Translations under genes and position numbers: made by a program
Assembly (NCBI GenBank): GCA_964525635.1
Contig: CAZGJX010000003.1
Span: 44,189 to 108,188 of the forward strand
DNA from: an uncultured archaeon
Lineage (GTDB): Archaea; Asgardarchaeota; Lokiarchaeia; Sigyniarchaeales; SOKP01
Direction of reading: 5' to 3'
DNA length: 64,000 bases
Shown: in pieces, positions 1 through 10,518 of the stretch
How the letters are laid out: every line of letters begins with the position of its first letter
Numbering within the stretch: position 1 is the first letter of the stretch
The notes under the pieces: generated by a model
What the model was told of the DNA's origin: nothing
Database searches by the model: none
What the model saw: only the letters and a program-made list of their open reading frames with translations

Positions 1-2
1 GA

Positions 3-269
3 GCAAGAGAAACGGTTGCTCAAATTACAAAGGAGAATATAGCAAGAATAAAGCAAAAAACTGATAAAAACCTTCCCGTTTTTGTAGGATTTGGTATATC
101 AAAACCAGAACATGCAAAAGCTATTATTGAAGCAGGAGCAGATGGAGTTATAATTGGTTCTGCGATTGTAGATCTTATTAAAAATAATCTAAATGATTTT
201 CAGGAAATTGAAGGAAAATTAGTAGAATTTCATGAAAACATAAAAAATTCAATAAAGAGGTCGAATTAA
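3..269 (+). CDS. trpA: Tryptophan synthase alpha chain, 3' part (truncated by window edge)
   Basis: Manual translation of frame 3: [17 protein letters not shown]...[33 protein letters not shown]...SN*. Has the TrpA GFGIS and ADGVIIGSA motifs and lies immediately upstream of trpE. Confidence 0.93.
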   Translation, partial: ARETVAQITKENIARIKQKTDKNLPVFVGFGISKPEHAKAIIEAGADGVIIGSAIVDLIKNNLNDFQEIEGKLVEFHENIKNSIKRSN

Positions 270-270
270 A

Positions 271-1767
271 TTGGATTTTGACATACATATAGAAAAAATT
301 GGAGAATTAGATAATATCTTTAATTTTTATAAATATCTCATCGAAAAATATGATTTTAAGAAGCATGTCCTATTAGAATCCTCATCAGGAAACTCAAACG
401 AAACCTTATATAGTTTTATTGCTCTTGAACCTGATTTTATGTTTGAAATTAATGGGAAGAACTATAAAATTTTCGATATCACTTCAGAAAGAGGTGAAAA
501 TATCAAAAATTATGTTGAATCTAAAGATCCCGCTAAGGAAATACCACGTAATCCCCTACCATTTAATGATAATGTCGATTATAATATGATTGCTTTAGAT
601 ACCTTAAGTCATCTTACCCCATATTCTAAATTACCTTTTACTGAACTATTTCCAAGAAATATATTTTTTGGAGGAGTAGTAGGGGTGATCTCTTATGATA
701 TAGTAGCACCATATGTTGGTTATCAATCTAATAGTGAATTTCCAGATATTCTCATGGGACTTTATACAAAAGTACTTGTATATTCGCACAAATCTAATGC
801 TTTATTTATGATAGATAATAGCCTTGATGATTATTCAAGGGACAAGGACATTAGATATCAATTAGAATTGTTTAAAAGAAATAATATTAAAAATAAAAAG
901 AAAGATATTCCATTAGATCTCGACGATATAGATGAAAGTATGTTTAGATCGAATACTTCTAAATCAGCTCACGAACAAATGGTGAACAAGACTAAAGAGC
1001 ATATATATGCTGGCGATATAATTCAAGCGGTTATCTCTAGAAGACTATATACTGAAAGTAAAGTAAATCCTATTAATTTTTATGAAATACTTAGAGAGCT
1101 TAATCCCTCGAATTATATGTATAATATCAATTTCAATTATATTAAAATAATTGGTAGTAGCCCCGAAGCTCTTATAACAAAAAATAAAGATGTTCTATCA
1201 ACTATGCCAATAGCAGGAACGATAAGAAGAAGTAAGGATCCAGAAGAAGACTTGAATTTAGAGAGAGAATTACTAGGTAATATAAAGGAGAGGGCCGAGC
1301 ACCTCATGCTAGTAGATTTGGCAAGGAATGACTTAGCTAAGGTCTCATATCCTGGAACTGTCGAAACATTTGATTTTATGACGATTCAGAAATACCAAAA
1401 AGTTCAACATATCGTAAGCAAAGTTAGAAGTAAGACACCTCTTGATGGTTTTCAAGCATTAAAAAGTGTTTTTCCTGCAGGGACATTATCAGGAGCACCC
1501 AAATTAGAAGCTATGAAAATAATCCAAGAACTTGAAACTGAAAATCGCTCATTTTATGGTGGAGCAATTGGCTATTTCAGTTTTAATGGGGATCTAGCAA
1601 TGGCAATTGCCATTAGAACATTATTTGGTCGGGGAAATAAATATTTTGCTCAAGCAGGGGGTGGAATTGTCGCAGACTCCCAACCAGAACAAGAATTCCA
1701 AGAAACTTATAACAAATTATACAGTGTTTTGAAATCAATTAAGATAGCGGAGGCAAGAGAACAATGA
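271..1767 (+). CDS. trpE: Anthranilate synthase component I
   Basis: LLES, PIAGT, KERAEHLMLVDLARND, FPAGTLSGAPK, YGGAIGY and AGGGIVADS motifs; TTG start; trp context. Confidence 0.93.
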   Translation: MDFDIHIEKIGELDNIFNFYKYLIEKYDFKKHVLLESSSGNSNETLYSFIALEPDFMFEINGKNYKIFDITSERGENIKNYVESKDPAKEIPRNPLPFNDNVDYNMIALDTLSHLTPYSKLPFTELFPRNIFFGGVVGVISYDIVAPYVGYQSNSEFPDILMGLYTKVLVYSHKSNALFMIDNSLDDYSRDKDIRYQLELFKRNNIKNKKKDIPLDLDDIDESMFRSNTSKSAHEQMVNKTKEHIYAGDIIQAVISRRLYTESKVNPINFYEILRELNPSNYMYNINFNYIKIIGSSPEALITKNKDVLSTMPIAGTIRRSKDPEEDLNLERELLGNIKERAEHLMLVDLARNDLAKVSYPGTVETFDFMTIQKYQKVQHIVSKVRSKTPLDGFQALKSVFPAGTLSGAPKLEAMKIIQELETENRSFYGGAIGYFSFNGDLAMAIAIRTLFGRGNKYFAQAGGGIVADSQPEQEFQETYNKLYSVLKSIKIAEAREQ

Positions 1768-2357
1768 ATATTTTATTTATAAATAATTACGATAGCTTTG
1801 TTTATAATTTAGTTAATTATTTCTGTCAGTTGGCTCCAGACGCTAGAATCATGATCGAAGACAATAATATCTCTATAGAAAAAGTTGAAGAATATTCTAT
1901 TGATAAAATTATAATATCACCTGGCCCCGGTCATCCCAAATACGATACAGGAACTGTCATTCCTATTATTAAACACTATCATAAAGAAATTCCGATCTTA
2001 GGGATTTGTCTTGGACATCAAGCAATTGTTGAAGCTTTTGGTGATAAGCCCGATTTGGAATATATTGGACGAGCTAAAGTAGGACCTATGCATGGAAAAC
2101 AATCAAAGATATTTCATGATCAAGAAAAAATCTATAAGGATATACCTAATCCAATCCAAGTTATTCGCTATCATTCTCTTGCAGCTAAAGGGGACATTCT
2201 TCCTCAAGACCTTAAAATCACAGCTACTGCAGATGATGGAACAATTATGGGGGTTCGACATAAACAATTTCCAGTTGAAGGGGTTCAGTTTCATCCCGAA
2301 TCAATACAAATGAAGCCCCATGGAATGCAAATTTTAAAAAATTTCTTAGATATATGA
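1764..2357 (+). CDS. trpG: Anthranilate synthase component II (glutamine amidotransferase)
   Basis: NYDSF, ISPGPG, GICLGHQ, RYHSL and QFHPES motifs; ATGA overlap with trpE. Confidence 0.94.
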   Translation: MNILFINNYDSFVYNLVNYFCQLAPDARIMIEDNNISIEKVEEYSIDKIIISPGPGHPKYDTGTVIPIIKHYHKEIPILGICLGHQAIVEAFGDKPDLEYIGRAKVGPMHGKQSKIFHDQEKIYKDIPNPIQVIRYHSLAAKGDILPQDLKITATADDGTIMGVRHKQFPVEGVQFHPESIQMKPHGMQILKNFLDI

Positions 2358-2359
2358 AA

Positions 2360-5131
2360 TTAACTAAGAGAAAGTTCAAGTAATTCTCTACCTAACTTAG
2401 TAAGAGAATATTTATATTGTCTTTTATTATTACTTAAGGTAGAAGGATTATAAGCAATTATTCTTTTTAAATATCTTTTCTTATAAAGATCTCGTATCAT
2501 CCATTCAAGGCTCTTAATATCATCCAAGTAATTTAACTTTAATAGATCTAAAGCAAAATAAGATCCTTTGCTAAATTCTAGTAAAATTCTTCGCTGAAAA
2601 TCTGTTAGATAATTGAAACCTTCACGGTCACCTAACTTTTTTCTATATTGAATCTCATCTTCATAGTCTTCTACAAAAAATTTTCGATGATCAAATTTCG
2701 GAATGGGAGGTAATTTTTTTCCTGTTTTTTCTTCAATCTGTCTTATTATTTTTTCTTGCATTTCTTCAAGCTCAATTTTTTTCCATTCTCCATTTCGCAT
2801 TTCATATCCAAGCACTATTAATAATATATATTGTTTCTCACAAAATTCAATTTTGAACTGATCAATTTCTAATTGTCTTTCATGATCCTCTTCCTTTTTT
2901 TGCCATTCTGGCACTCTAATATAATGTTGCCTTCCTTGTCGCTCAAAACCTACTAATAATTCAAGATTAAAACCATCTAAATGCATTCTAGTAATATCAA
3001 AATTGATTTTATTTGGATCATATCTCGCTAAGCCTTCTCTACCTTCGATATTTAAAACTATTTGAATTAGTGGTGTCTCAAGAAATTTAATTTGTTTCTT
3101 ATACAAGTAAGAAAATATTCTTTCCATATAACATCTGAATACTTTCTCATAATAACCCTTTGAGCAATGAGGACACCATGACCTTCTTTTTTTCACTTTA
3201 TATATCCGCTTTTTAAAAATTTTCTTACACTTTCCACATCGCCAATTATGTAGTTTATCGCTTCCCTTATATATATTCGATAAAAATTCACCAGGTGCTC
3301 CCGTTTTTTCTAAACCCACTTCATAAGCCAATTTTCTTAATCCCTTAATAGTAGGCGTAACTTTATGAGCACACTTAGAACACCAACTTCTTCTCGATTT
3401 CACTTTGTTAGGTGTCATAGTAAACTCATGTTTGCAAGCACCACATTTCCATCTAAGTTTGGATGTCGCTCCTTTATATTCATCAGACAAACAAAATCCA
3501 GGGACTTTAGTTTTTTCTAGCCCAACTTCATATGCCAAAATTCTCATATCTTCAATAGTCTGTTCTTTACCAGCACATCTAGGACACCATGACCTTTTCG
3601 ATTTTATATCATTTGGTGTCATAAAAAATTTATTTTCACATTTTCCACAATACCATTCTAATTCTGTGGAAGAATTAATATACTTATTGGATAAACACCG
3701 TCCAGAAACACCCGTTTTCTCCATTCCAACATCATAAGCTAATTCATGCATATCCTCAATTGTTATTTGTTTATGTAAAAAATGTGGATTATTACTACAT
3801 CTAGGACACCACTCCTTTCTAATTTTCACTTTATCAGGGTTTTTTGAGAATACATATCTGCAAGCTCCACATCGCCATTTTAATTCAGTTTTCATATTTA
3901 TATAATTTTTTGATAAACACTCACCTTCAATCCCTGTTTTTTCTATACCTACCACACGGGCTAGTTCTTGCATATCTAATATAGAATATTTCTTAATTTC
4001 TTTAACCCCTCTTACTTTTAATTTAATGTTAACTTCGTTTGCTAATTGTTGCAATAAATTAAAAGAATCCTCAGGGATAGATTTACTTTGATAGATAATA
4101 TCTCCAATTCTGGTATGAATATAATCACTAATAGATTTGTTTGTCATACTTAACTCTAACCTCAATTTATCTATTAAAGACTTGGTCTTTTCCTTATCAA
4201 GTATGAAATATTTTTTTATAGGGAATGTCGATTTAGTATAAATTCCATCATAAATCGTTTCGCTCTTCTTATAATCTTCTTCATTCATAAAATTATAAAA
4301 TTCATAACCACACTGACCACATTTCCATAGAAGTTTTGTTTTATTATTAAAATATTCTTTGGATAAACATTTTTTTGGAACTCCAGTTTTTTCTAATCCC
4401 AAATCATGGGCTAATTTAATCATATCTCTTATTTTTTCCTCTTTTTTCTTTTTATAAATTATAAATTTCTTTAATTCATCTCTAATTACTTCATAGAAAT
4501 GAGAGAGATTATTTGAATTCCATTTTTCTTTTATGATGATAAAAATATGAGAGATGATCCATTTTAAATATACTTCAACATCAGATTTATAAAAAGGATC
4601 TTTTTTTATTTTTTCTTGAAACTTAGCATGATATGTATTAAATTCTTCTGTTCTCAACTTTTTGTAAAGATTTTCAAGATAAATTCTTTGAATCTTCTTT
4701 TCTGTAATTGGCAAAATAAAATCTTCTAAATTTTTTAATACTTCACTTTTTAATTTACTTTTTTTTATTTTTTGCTTTAAATGTCTTTCCACATCTCCGA
4801 TTATATCATATATGAGGCGAGAGATTATAATGACGAGATTTTGTTTAAATAATTTTGGAAAATCAGGGTCATAATAAACCCTCTCGATTGGATATTTATA
4901 TGTTTTTCTTATTTCTTGTTCTTTATTGTTAATTCTTTTATCCTCATATTTTTCCTCAGAATGAATATTATCTTGAACAAAAATATTTTTTATCTCAAAT
5001 TTCGTTCCACAATATTGACAAAATGCGAATTCATCGGCTATTGGATTATTTTCTATATCTTTTATCTGTAATCTAATACCACAATTTTCACAAAATAAGG
5101 AGTTCCCATTCTTGTTTTTTGACTCATTCAT
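2360..5131 (-). CDS. Multi zinc-ribbon repeat protein with Vsr/DUF559-like PD-(D/E)xK endonuclease domain and C-terminal winged helix
   Basis: N-terminal CENC/CQYC ribbon. Four complete repeats plus one partial repeat of about 67 aa (LA..vG.EKTg..G.cLS..Y......L.W.CG.C...F.....W.CPxC). HLDGFNLELLVGFERQGRQHY and DQFKIEFC nuclease motifs. YSLTKLGRELL wHTH end. Confidence 0.72.
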   Translation of the reverse strand: MNESKNKNGNSLFCENCGIRLQIKDIENNPIADEFAFCQYCGTKFEIKNIFVQDNIHSEEKYEDKRINNKEQEIRKTYKYPIERVYYDPDFPKLFKQNLVIIISRLIYDIIGDVERHLKQKIKKSKLKSEVLKNLEDFILPITEKKIQRIYLENLYKKLRTEEFNTYHAKFQEKIKKDPFYKSDVEVYLKWIISHIFIIIKEKWNSNNLSHFYEVIRDELKKFIIYKKKKEEKIRDMIKLAHDLGLEKTGVPKKCLSKEYFNNKTKLLWKCGQCGYEFYNFMNEEDYKKSETIYDGIYTKSTFPIKKYFILDKEKTKSLIDKLRLELSMTNKSISDYIHTRIGDIIYQSKSIPEDSFNLLQQLANEVNIKLKVRGVKEIKKYSILDMQELARVVGIEKTGIEGECLSKNYINMKTELKWRCGACRYVFSKNPDKVKIRKEWCPRCSNNPHFLHKQITIEDMHELAYDVGMEKTGVSGRCLSNKYINSSTELEWYCGKCENKFFMTPNDIKSKRSWCPRCAGKEQTIEDMRILAYEVGLEKTKVPGFCLSDEYKGATSKLRWKCGACKHEFTMTPNKVKSRRSWCSKCAHKVTPTIKGLRKLAYEVGLEKTGAPGEFLSNIYKGSDKLHNWRCGKCKKIFKKRIYKVKKRRSWCPHCSKGYYEKVFRCYMERIFSYLYKKQIKFLETPLIQIVLNIEGREGLARYDPNKINFDITRMHLDGFNLELLVGFERQGRQHYIRVPEWQKKEEDHERQLEIDQFKIEFCEKQYILLIVLGYEMRNGEWKKIELEEMQEKIIRQIEEKTGKKLPPIPKFDHRKFFVEDYEDEIQYRKKLGDREGFNYLTDFQRRILLEFSKGSYFALDLLKLNYLDDIKSLEWMIRDLYKKRYLKRIIAYNPSTLSNNKRQYKYSLTKLGRELLELSLS

Positions 5132-5380
5132 TTATAATTCATATATGCACAGGTATATAAACAAAAAAAAATAATAAAAAAATTCCCTAATTTATATCTC
5201 AATCTTCATACATTTTTTATAAAATTTTTATATATTACTTCACTAGACCTATTAAGGATAGAAATTATTTTAAAATAAACAACAAATAGATTTCATCTTT
5301 ATTTCTAACAAGAGTCAGTCACAATTAACTTTCTATATTTTTGGTTTAAATCATCTAAATATCAAGAGAAAACTACATAG

Positions 5381-7585
5381 ATGAATCATATTAAGAACGA
5401 TCTAATAGAAAATTGTATTTTACATGGTAAATTTCATGAAGCACTTAATAGTCTTAACTCAATTGAAAGAAGAAGAGTTTTATCTGATAATGAGTTGCTA
5501 ATGAAAAAATTAACTAAGATTTATATTTGTATTGATAAAGGAGATTTTAAGAAAGGTAGATCAATTGCTGATGAGATGATTAAGCTTTCACAAGAAAAAA
5601 ATAATATATTGAGGGAGATTGATGGCCTTATCGGTAAGGTTGAAAATATGCTTTGTTTAGTTTTATATAATGATGCGCTTCAATTATTAAAAAAAGCAGA
5701 ATCGATATTAATTAAAGCTCAAAATATATCAATAAAAGAATTTAAACGGAAAAAAGCATATATAATCTATCTTAAAGGAAGAATTTGTCAAGATACCCAT
5801 AAAATCAATGAAGGAATAAATTATTTTAAGGAAAGTCTTAAAATAAGAAAAGATATAAATGATAGGATAGGTATAATCTGGACTTTATTAAATCTAGGTA
5901 TATTAACCGTAGCTATTGGAGAATTTCAAAATGCAGAAAAATATATTACCAAAAGTTTAAATCTTGCTGAAGAATTCAATATTGAGGCTGCAATTATTTG
6001 GAGTTTGATTCATTTAGGGTGGATTAAATATCACAGAAGAGAACTAGATCTTCTAATGGTTTATGCCCAAAAATGTCTTTTGATTTGTAAATCACAAAAT
6101 TTTAAGTATTCATTAGCTTATTGTTATGATCTTATTGGACATTATCACCTCATTAAAGGAAATTTAAATGACGCTTTACATAATTTTGAAATAAGTTTAA
6201 ATTTAAGATTAGAAGAAGGATATAGATATTCATTACCACAATCGTATTATAGTATTGGAGAAGTATATAGTCAGAAAGGTGAACTTAGAGAGAGTTTAAA
6301 ATATTATCACAAAATTATAGATATTCCCTTAATTGATGAGAAAGAATTCTTTACACCAGTTTATTTAAGTACAATGGGTAAAATCTATGGTGAACTCGGT
6401 GATTTTCCTAAAGCTAAAAAATATTTATCATCTGCTTTAGACTTATTTAAAAAAAACAAAATGTTAACCATTCACTTCCAAAATTTCACTATGTCAATTG
6501 CTAAAACTTATCATTTTTTAATTGTTCTTTCAATACGGAATAATGAACTCGAGAATATAAATAATTACTTAGAGGATTTACATCAAATAAGTCAGGAGCA
6601 CCCAAATCTTAAATATATTAGCCAAATATATAAATTAGATAAAGCTATAATATTAAAAATAAGTAATCGTGTTAAAATTCGAATGAAAGCAGCCAATATT
6701 TTTAAAAAACTTTCTGAAGAAAAAATAATTGATCATGAAATTACAATTGAATCTATGACAAATTTATGCGAACTTTTGATATATGAATTAGAATTGACAG
6801 GAAATGAGGATATACTTATAGAGATAAAGGATATTTCTAATAAATTACTTAAAATAGCAGAAGCGCAGTATCTATATAATTTAATGGTCGAAATATATTT
6901 ATTTAAAGCTAAAATATCATTATTAGAGTTAGATCTTAATAAGGTACATGATTTTCTATCAAAAGGTCAAAGAATAGCATTGAATTTTGATTTAAAATTA
7001 TTATTAAAAAGAATTTCCAGTGAATATGATTCATTACTAGTTAATAAAGATAAATGGGAGGAAATGATTAAAAAGCAAATCCCATTACAAAAGCGAGTGA
7101 ATTATTCAAGATATGAATTTTTATTTTCTAGTATGGTTCGAACTAAAATCAAAAAGTCAATAGAACTTCCAGAATTGCCTTATTATTTTATAACTCTCAG
7201 TAATATCGATGGATACTGTTTATATGAGAAGAATCTCCAAGAGAAATTAAATATAGAGGGAGATTTTATAGCAGGATTTATTTCAACTATAAATCTATTT
7301 GGTAAAGAAGCTTTCTCTTCCTTAGATTCAATTAACCGAATTAAACATGGAGATTTTTTTATAATTCTACAGTCTAAGGAAAATTTTTTATTTGGTTATG
7401 TATTTAAAGGTCAATCTTATTCTGCAATAACTAAATTAGATCTTTTCATTAAAAAATTAACAGAATTTAATGATATATTCAAAAAATTGTATTATTCTTT
7501 ACAGAGCCATCTTGAATTATCAGAAGAAACTAAAATATCAATAGATAATTTAGTTAATGAGATTTTTATACAAGATAATAAATAG
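5381..7585 (+). CDS. TPR-repeat protein with C-terminal longin-like domain
   Basis: Repeated TPR consensus (LG..Y...G....A..Y...L). C-terminal GDFIAGFISTINLFGKEAF...INRIKHGDFFIIL...FLFGYVFKG fits the beta-beta-alpha-beta-beta-beta-alpha longin pattern. Confidence 0.75.
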   Translation: MNHIKNDLIENCILHGKFHEALNSLNSIERRRVLSDNELLMKKLTKIYICIDKGDFKKGRSIADEMIKLSQEKNNILREIDGLIGKVENMLCLVLYNDALQLLKKAESILIKAQNISIKEFKRKKAYIIYLKGRICQDTHKINEGINYFKESLKIRKDINDRIGIIWTLLNLGILTVAIGEFQNAEKYITKSLNLAEEFNIEAAIIWSLIHLGWIKYHRRELDLLMVYAQKCLLICKSQNFKYSLAYCYDLIGHYHLIKGNLNDALHNFEISLNLRLEEGYRYSLPQSYYSIGEVYSQKGELRESLKYYHKIIDIPLIDEKEFFTPVYLSTMGKIYGELGDFPKAKKYLSSALDLFKKNKMLTIHFQNFTMSIAKTYHFLIVLSIRNNELENINNYLEDLHQISQEHPNLKYISQIYKLDKAIILKISNRVKIRMKAANIFKKLSEEKIIDHEITIESMTNLCELLIYELELTGNEDILIEIKDISNKLLKIAEAQYLYNLMVEIYLFKAKISLLELDLNKVHDFLSKGQRIALNFDLKLLLKRISSEYDSLLVNKDKWEEMIKKQIPLQKRVNYSRYEFLFSSMVRTKIKKSIELPELPYYFITLSNIDGYCLYEKNLQEKLNIEGDFIAGFISTINLFGKEAFSSLDSINRIKHGDFFIILQSKENFLFGYVFKGQSYSAITKLDLFIKKLTEFNDIFKKLYYSLQSHLELSEETKISIDNLVNEIFIQDNK

Positions 7586-7757
7586 AACTTCTTTGATTAT
7601 ATATTGAAGCAGTAATTTTGTATATATTTTTTAAGACTATATCTTTGTAGGGAATATAAAACTGAAAAAAAAAGATTCAAAATTATTTGTTATAAAAAAA
7701 TATATTTTACTAATGATAATTTAATTTTTACAAAACTAATAAACATATAGCTATAAG

Positions 7758-9953
7758 ATGGATGATAATCAGATAGAAAAGTATATTTCAATTGGAAAAT
7801 ATGAAGATGCACTAAATAACCTCAAGTTAATTGAGAAAGAGAGAATTTTATCAACTGATGAAGATTTATTAAAAAAATATGTATTATCTTTTATTTCTCT
7901 TGATAAAGGAGATTTTGAGAAAGGAATAAGAATTGCTGATAAACTTATAAAGGAAGCCTATGAAGAAAATAATATTTTAGGGGAGATTAATGGTATAATT
8001 GCAAAGACCGAAAATACTAGTACCTTAGGGCTATTTAAAGAATCGCTTAAATTAATAGAGGAGGGCGAATTAATCCTTAAAAATTGTAAAAATATTTTCC
8101 CAGTTGTTAAAAAACAAAAACAAGCTTATCTAATTTATTTAAAAGGAAGAATATATCGAGATACTCATTATATTTTTGATGCAATAAAATTTTTAAAAAA
8201 AAGTTATAAATTAAGAAAAGAAATAAATGATAAAGTTGGAATGATGTGGTCTTTATTAAATTTGGCCTCCATCATTAATGTTAATGGTAATTTTAAAAGT
8301 GCAGAAAGATATTTTAATGAAAGTCTAACAATAGCAGAAGAATTAAATATTGAGGAGGGAATAACATGGAATTTAATTTATTTTGGTTGGTTAAAGTATC
8401 ATCAAAGAGATCTAACTAAAGCAATTTCTTATGCTAAAAGATGTCTCTCTATTTGTGAACCAAAAAATTATAATTATCCAAATACAAGATGTTATGATCT
8501 TATCGGACATTGTTATCTTTTAAAAGGAAAATTAAACACAGCTTTACTTTATTTTGAGAAAAGCCTGAATATAAGAGAAATTGAAGGATATAAACAGATG
8601 CTACCAGTATCATATTATTCTATTGGATTAGTTTATTGCCAGAAAGGAGAATTTAAACGAAGTTTAAGTTATTATGAAAAAACTTTAGAATTATTAGATC
8701 TTGAAGTAAGAGAACTGGTAATACCTGTGTATTTAAACGCAATTGGTAAGGTTTATGGTGAAATAAATAATTTCCAAGCTGCAAAAGAACATTTACTAGA
8801 AGCTTTAAATATATTAGAAAAGAATGAAATACCATTGTTTCAATTTTTAAACTTTAACGTCTCTATTACATCTACATTACATAATTTAATTTTACTCTCC
8901 GTGAATAATAATGATCTTAAGAATGTTAAAAATTACTTAGAAAAAATACATAAAATAAGTATGGATAATCCGGATATTAAGCAATTTGATCATCTTTATC
9001 ATTTAGATAAAGCTATAATTTTAAAATCAAAAAATCGTTTAATGGATAAGATGGAAGCAGTAAATATTCTTGAAAATATAATAAAAGAAGAAATTATAGA
9101 TCATGAAATAACAGTAGAGGCTATGAAAAATTTATGCGAAATTTTATTATATGAATTAGAATTATCGGGAGATAAAGATATTCTACGAGAAATAGAGGCC
9201 CTTTCAGAAAGATTACTTGAAATTAGTAGATCAGAATATTTATATGATTTATTAGCTGAAACTTATTTCTTTAAAGCAAAAATATCCTTATTAAATTTAG
9301 AGACTCAAAAAGCACGTTTATTATTAACAAAAGCACAGAATATTGCAAATGAGCATGATTTAATAAGATTAGCATCCAAGATATCAAATGAGCACGATTC
9401 GCTTTTAAAAAATCTTGATGAATGGGAAATAAAAATTAAACAATCTGAATCTTTAAAGGATATATTGCATAATAAAAAAGATGATTTTCTTTTTATAAAA
9501 AAAGACTTATCCGATAATAATAAAGAATCAAAGAATTATGATATTCCTGTCTATTTCATTATTATTAATAATATAAATGCTGAATATTTATATAATAAAG
9601 CATTTCAAAATATTAATATTGATAATGCGAGCCTTATAGCAGGATATATATCAGCAATTAATATATTTGGGAAAGAAACCTTTTCATCCTCAGGTACGAT
9701 CTCTCGAATTAAACATGGAGAATATCTAACAATTCTTCAATTAAAGAAGGAATTTTTATTTGGATATGTCTATAAAGGATATTCTTATTCCGCTATCTCT
9801 AAATTAAATAACTTTATTCAATCTTTGAGTAAAGCAACGAATGATCTTGAAAATATTACTATAGATTTTGAAAAATATCTTAAACTTCCAGAAGGTATAA
9901 GTATAACAATTAATAATTTAGTAAATGAAATTTTCTTGGAAAACAAAAATTGA
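7758..9953 (+). CDS. TPR-repeat protein with C-terminal longin-like domain (paralog of upstream gene)
   Basis: Colinear similarity with 5381..7585 (e.g. AYLIYLKGRI, CYDLIGH, IIDHEIT, RIKHGE, FLFGYV). Confidence 0.75.
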   Translation: MDDNQIEKYISIGKYEDALNNLKLIEKERILSTDEDLLKKYVLSFISLDKGDFEKGIRIADKLIKEAYEENNILGEINGIIAKTENTSTLGLFKESLKLIEEGELILKNCKNIFPVVKKQKQAYLIYLKGRIYRDTHYIFDAIKFLKKSYKLRKEINDKVGMMWSLLNLASIINVNGNFKSAERYFNESLTIAEELNIEEGITWNLIYFGWLKYHQRDLTKAISYAKRCLSICEPKNYNYPNTRCYDLIGHCYLLKGKLNTALLYFEKSLNIREIEGYKQMLPVSYYSIGLVYCQKGEFKRSLSYYEKTLELLDLEVRELVIPVYLNAIGKVYGEINNFQAAKEHLLEALNILEKNEIPLFQFLNFNVSITSTLHNLILLSVNNNDLKNVKNYLEKIHKISMDNPDIKQFDHLYHLDKAIILKSKNRLMDKMEAVNILENIIKEEIIDHEITVEAMKNLCEILLYELELSGDKDILREIEALSERLLEISRSEYLYDLLAETYFFKAKISLLNLETQKARLLLTKAQNIANEHDLIRLASKISNEHDSLLKNLDEWEIKIKQSESLKDILHNKKDDFLFIKKDLSDNNKESKNYDIPVYFIIINNINAEYLYNKAFQNINIDNASLIAGYISAINIFGKETFSSSGTISRIKHGEYLTILQLKKEFLFGYVYKGYSYSAISKLNNFIQSLSKATNDLENITIDFEKYLKLPEGISITINNLVNEIFLENKN

Positions 9954-10118
9954 ACTTATAGTTAATTTTTTTTGATACTTTTCAGATTTTTTATCAAATA
10001 GTTTGACTGAATAAAACTATTTTATAATAAAATGAGGACAATTTCAATTCCAAAAGAGAATATTAAAAGATTTTAAACATTTATGAATATAACTTTATTA
10101 TTATAATATTGAATTAAA

Positions 10119-10507
10119 ATGGTACAAGTAAAAATTTATGGTCTAAAAGTTGAATTAACTAAAATTATTGATAAATTATCAAACACAATTCATTCCTGCA
10201 TTATTGAAATTTTAGGATTACCAAAGGAAAAGAGATTTCATCGTTTTTTTTTATTAAAAAAAGAAGAATTTTACTACCCATCTAATCGTTCAAATAACTA
10301 TAAATAATAGAAATTATTATGTTTGAAGGAAGATCTATAAAAATAAAGAAGGATTTAATCAAATCACTTTATAAAGCAATTGGGGAGAAGTTATTTATTT
10401 CATCAAAAGATATTGAAATTGTAATCTTGGAAAGTCCCAAATATAATTGGGGTATTAAAGGTCTATCTGGAGATGAATTATCATTAAATTATAAAACAGA
10501 TATTTAA
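10119..10507 (+). pseudogene. Tautomerase (4-OT/MIF-like, about 125-aa type) split by a 1-nt frameshift
   Basis: MVQVKIYG...KRFHRFF...FYYPSNRSNNY continues in the -1 frame as IIEIIMFEGRS...NWGIKGLSGDEL. One base is missing near 10302-10304. Confidence 0.75.
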
Positions 10508-10518
10508 TATATATAATT

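Noticed and set aside
5132-5380. TATA/BRE promoters and U-tract terminators in this and other intergenic regions
   Set aside because: The background is too AT-rich to assign individual sites by eye.
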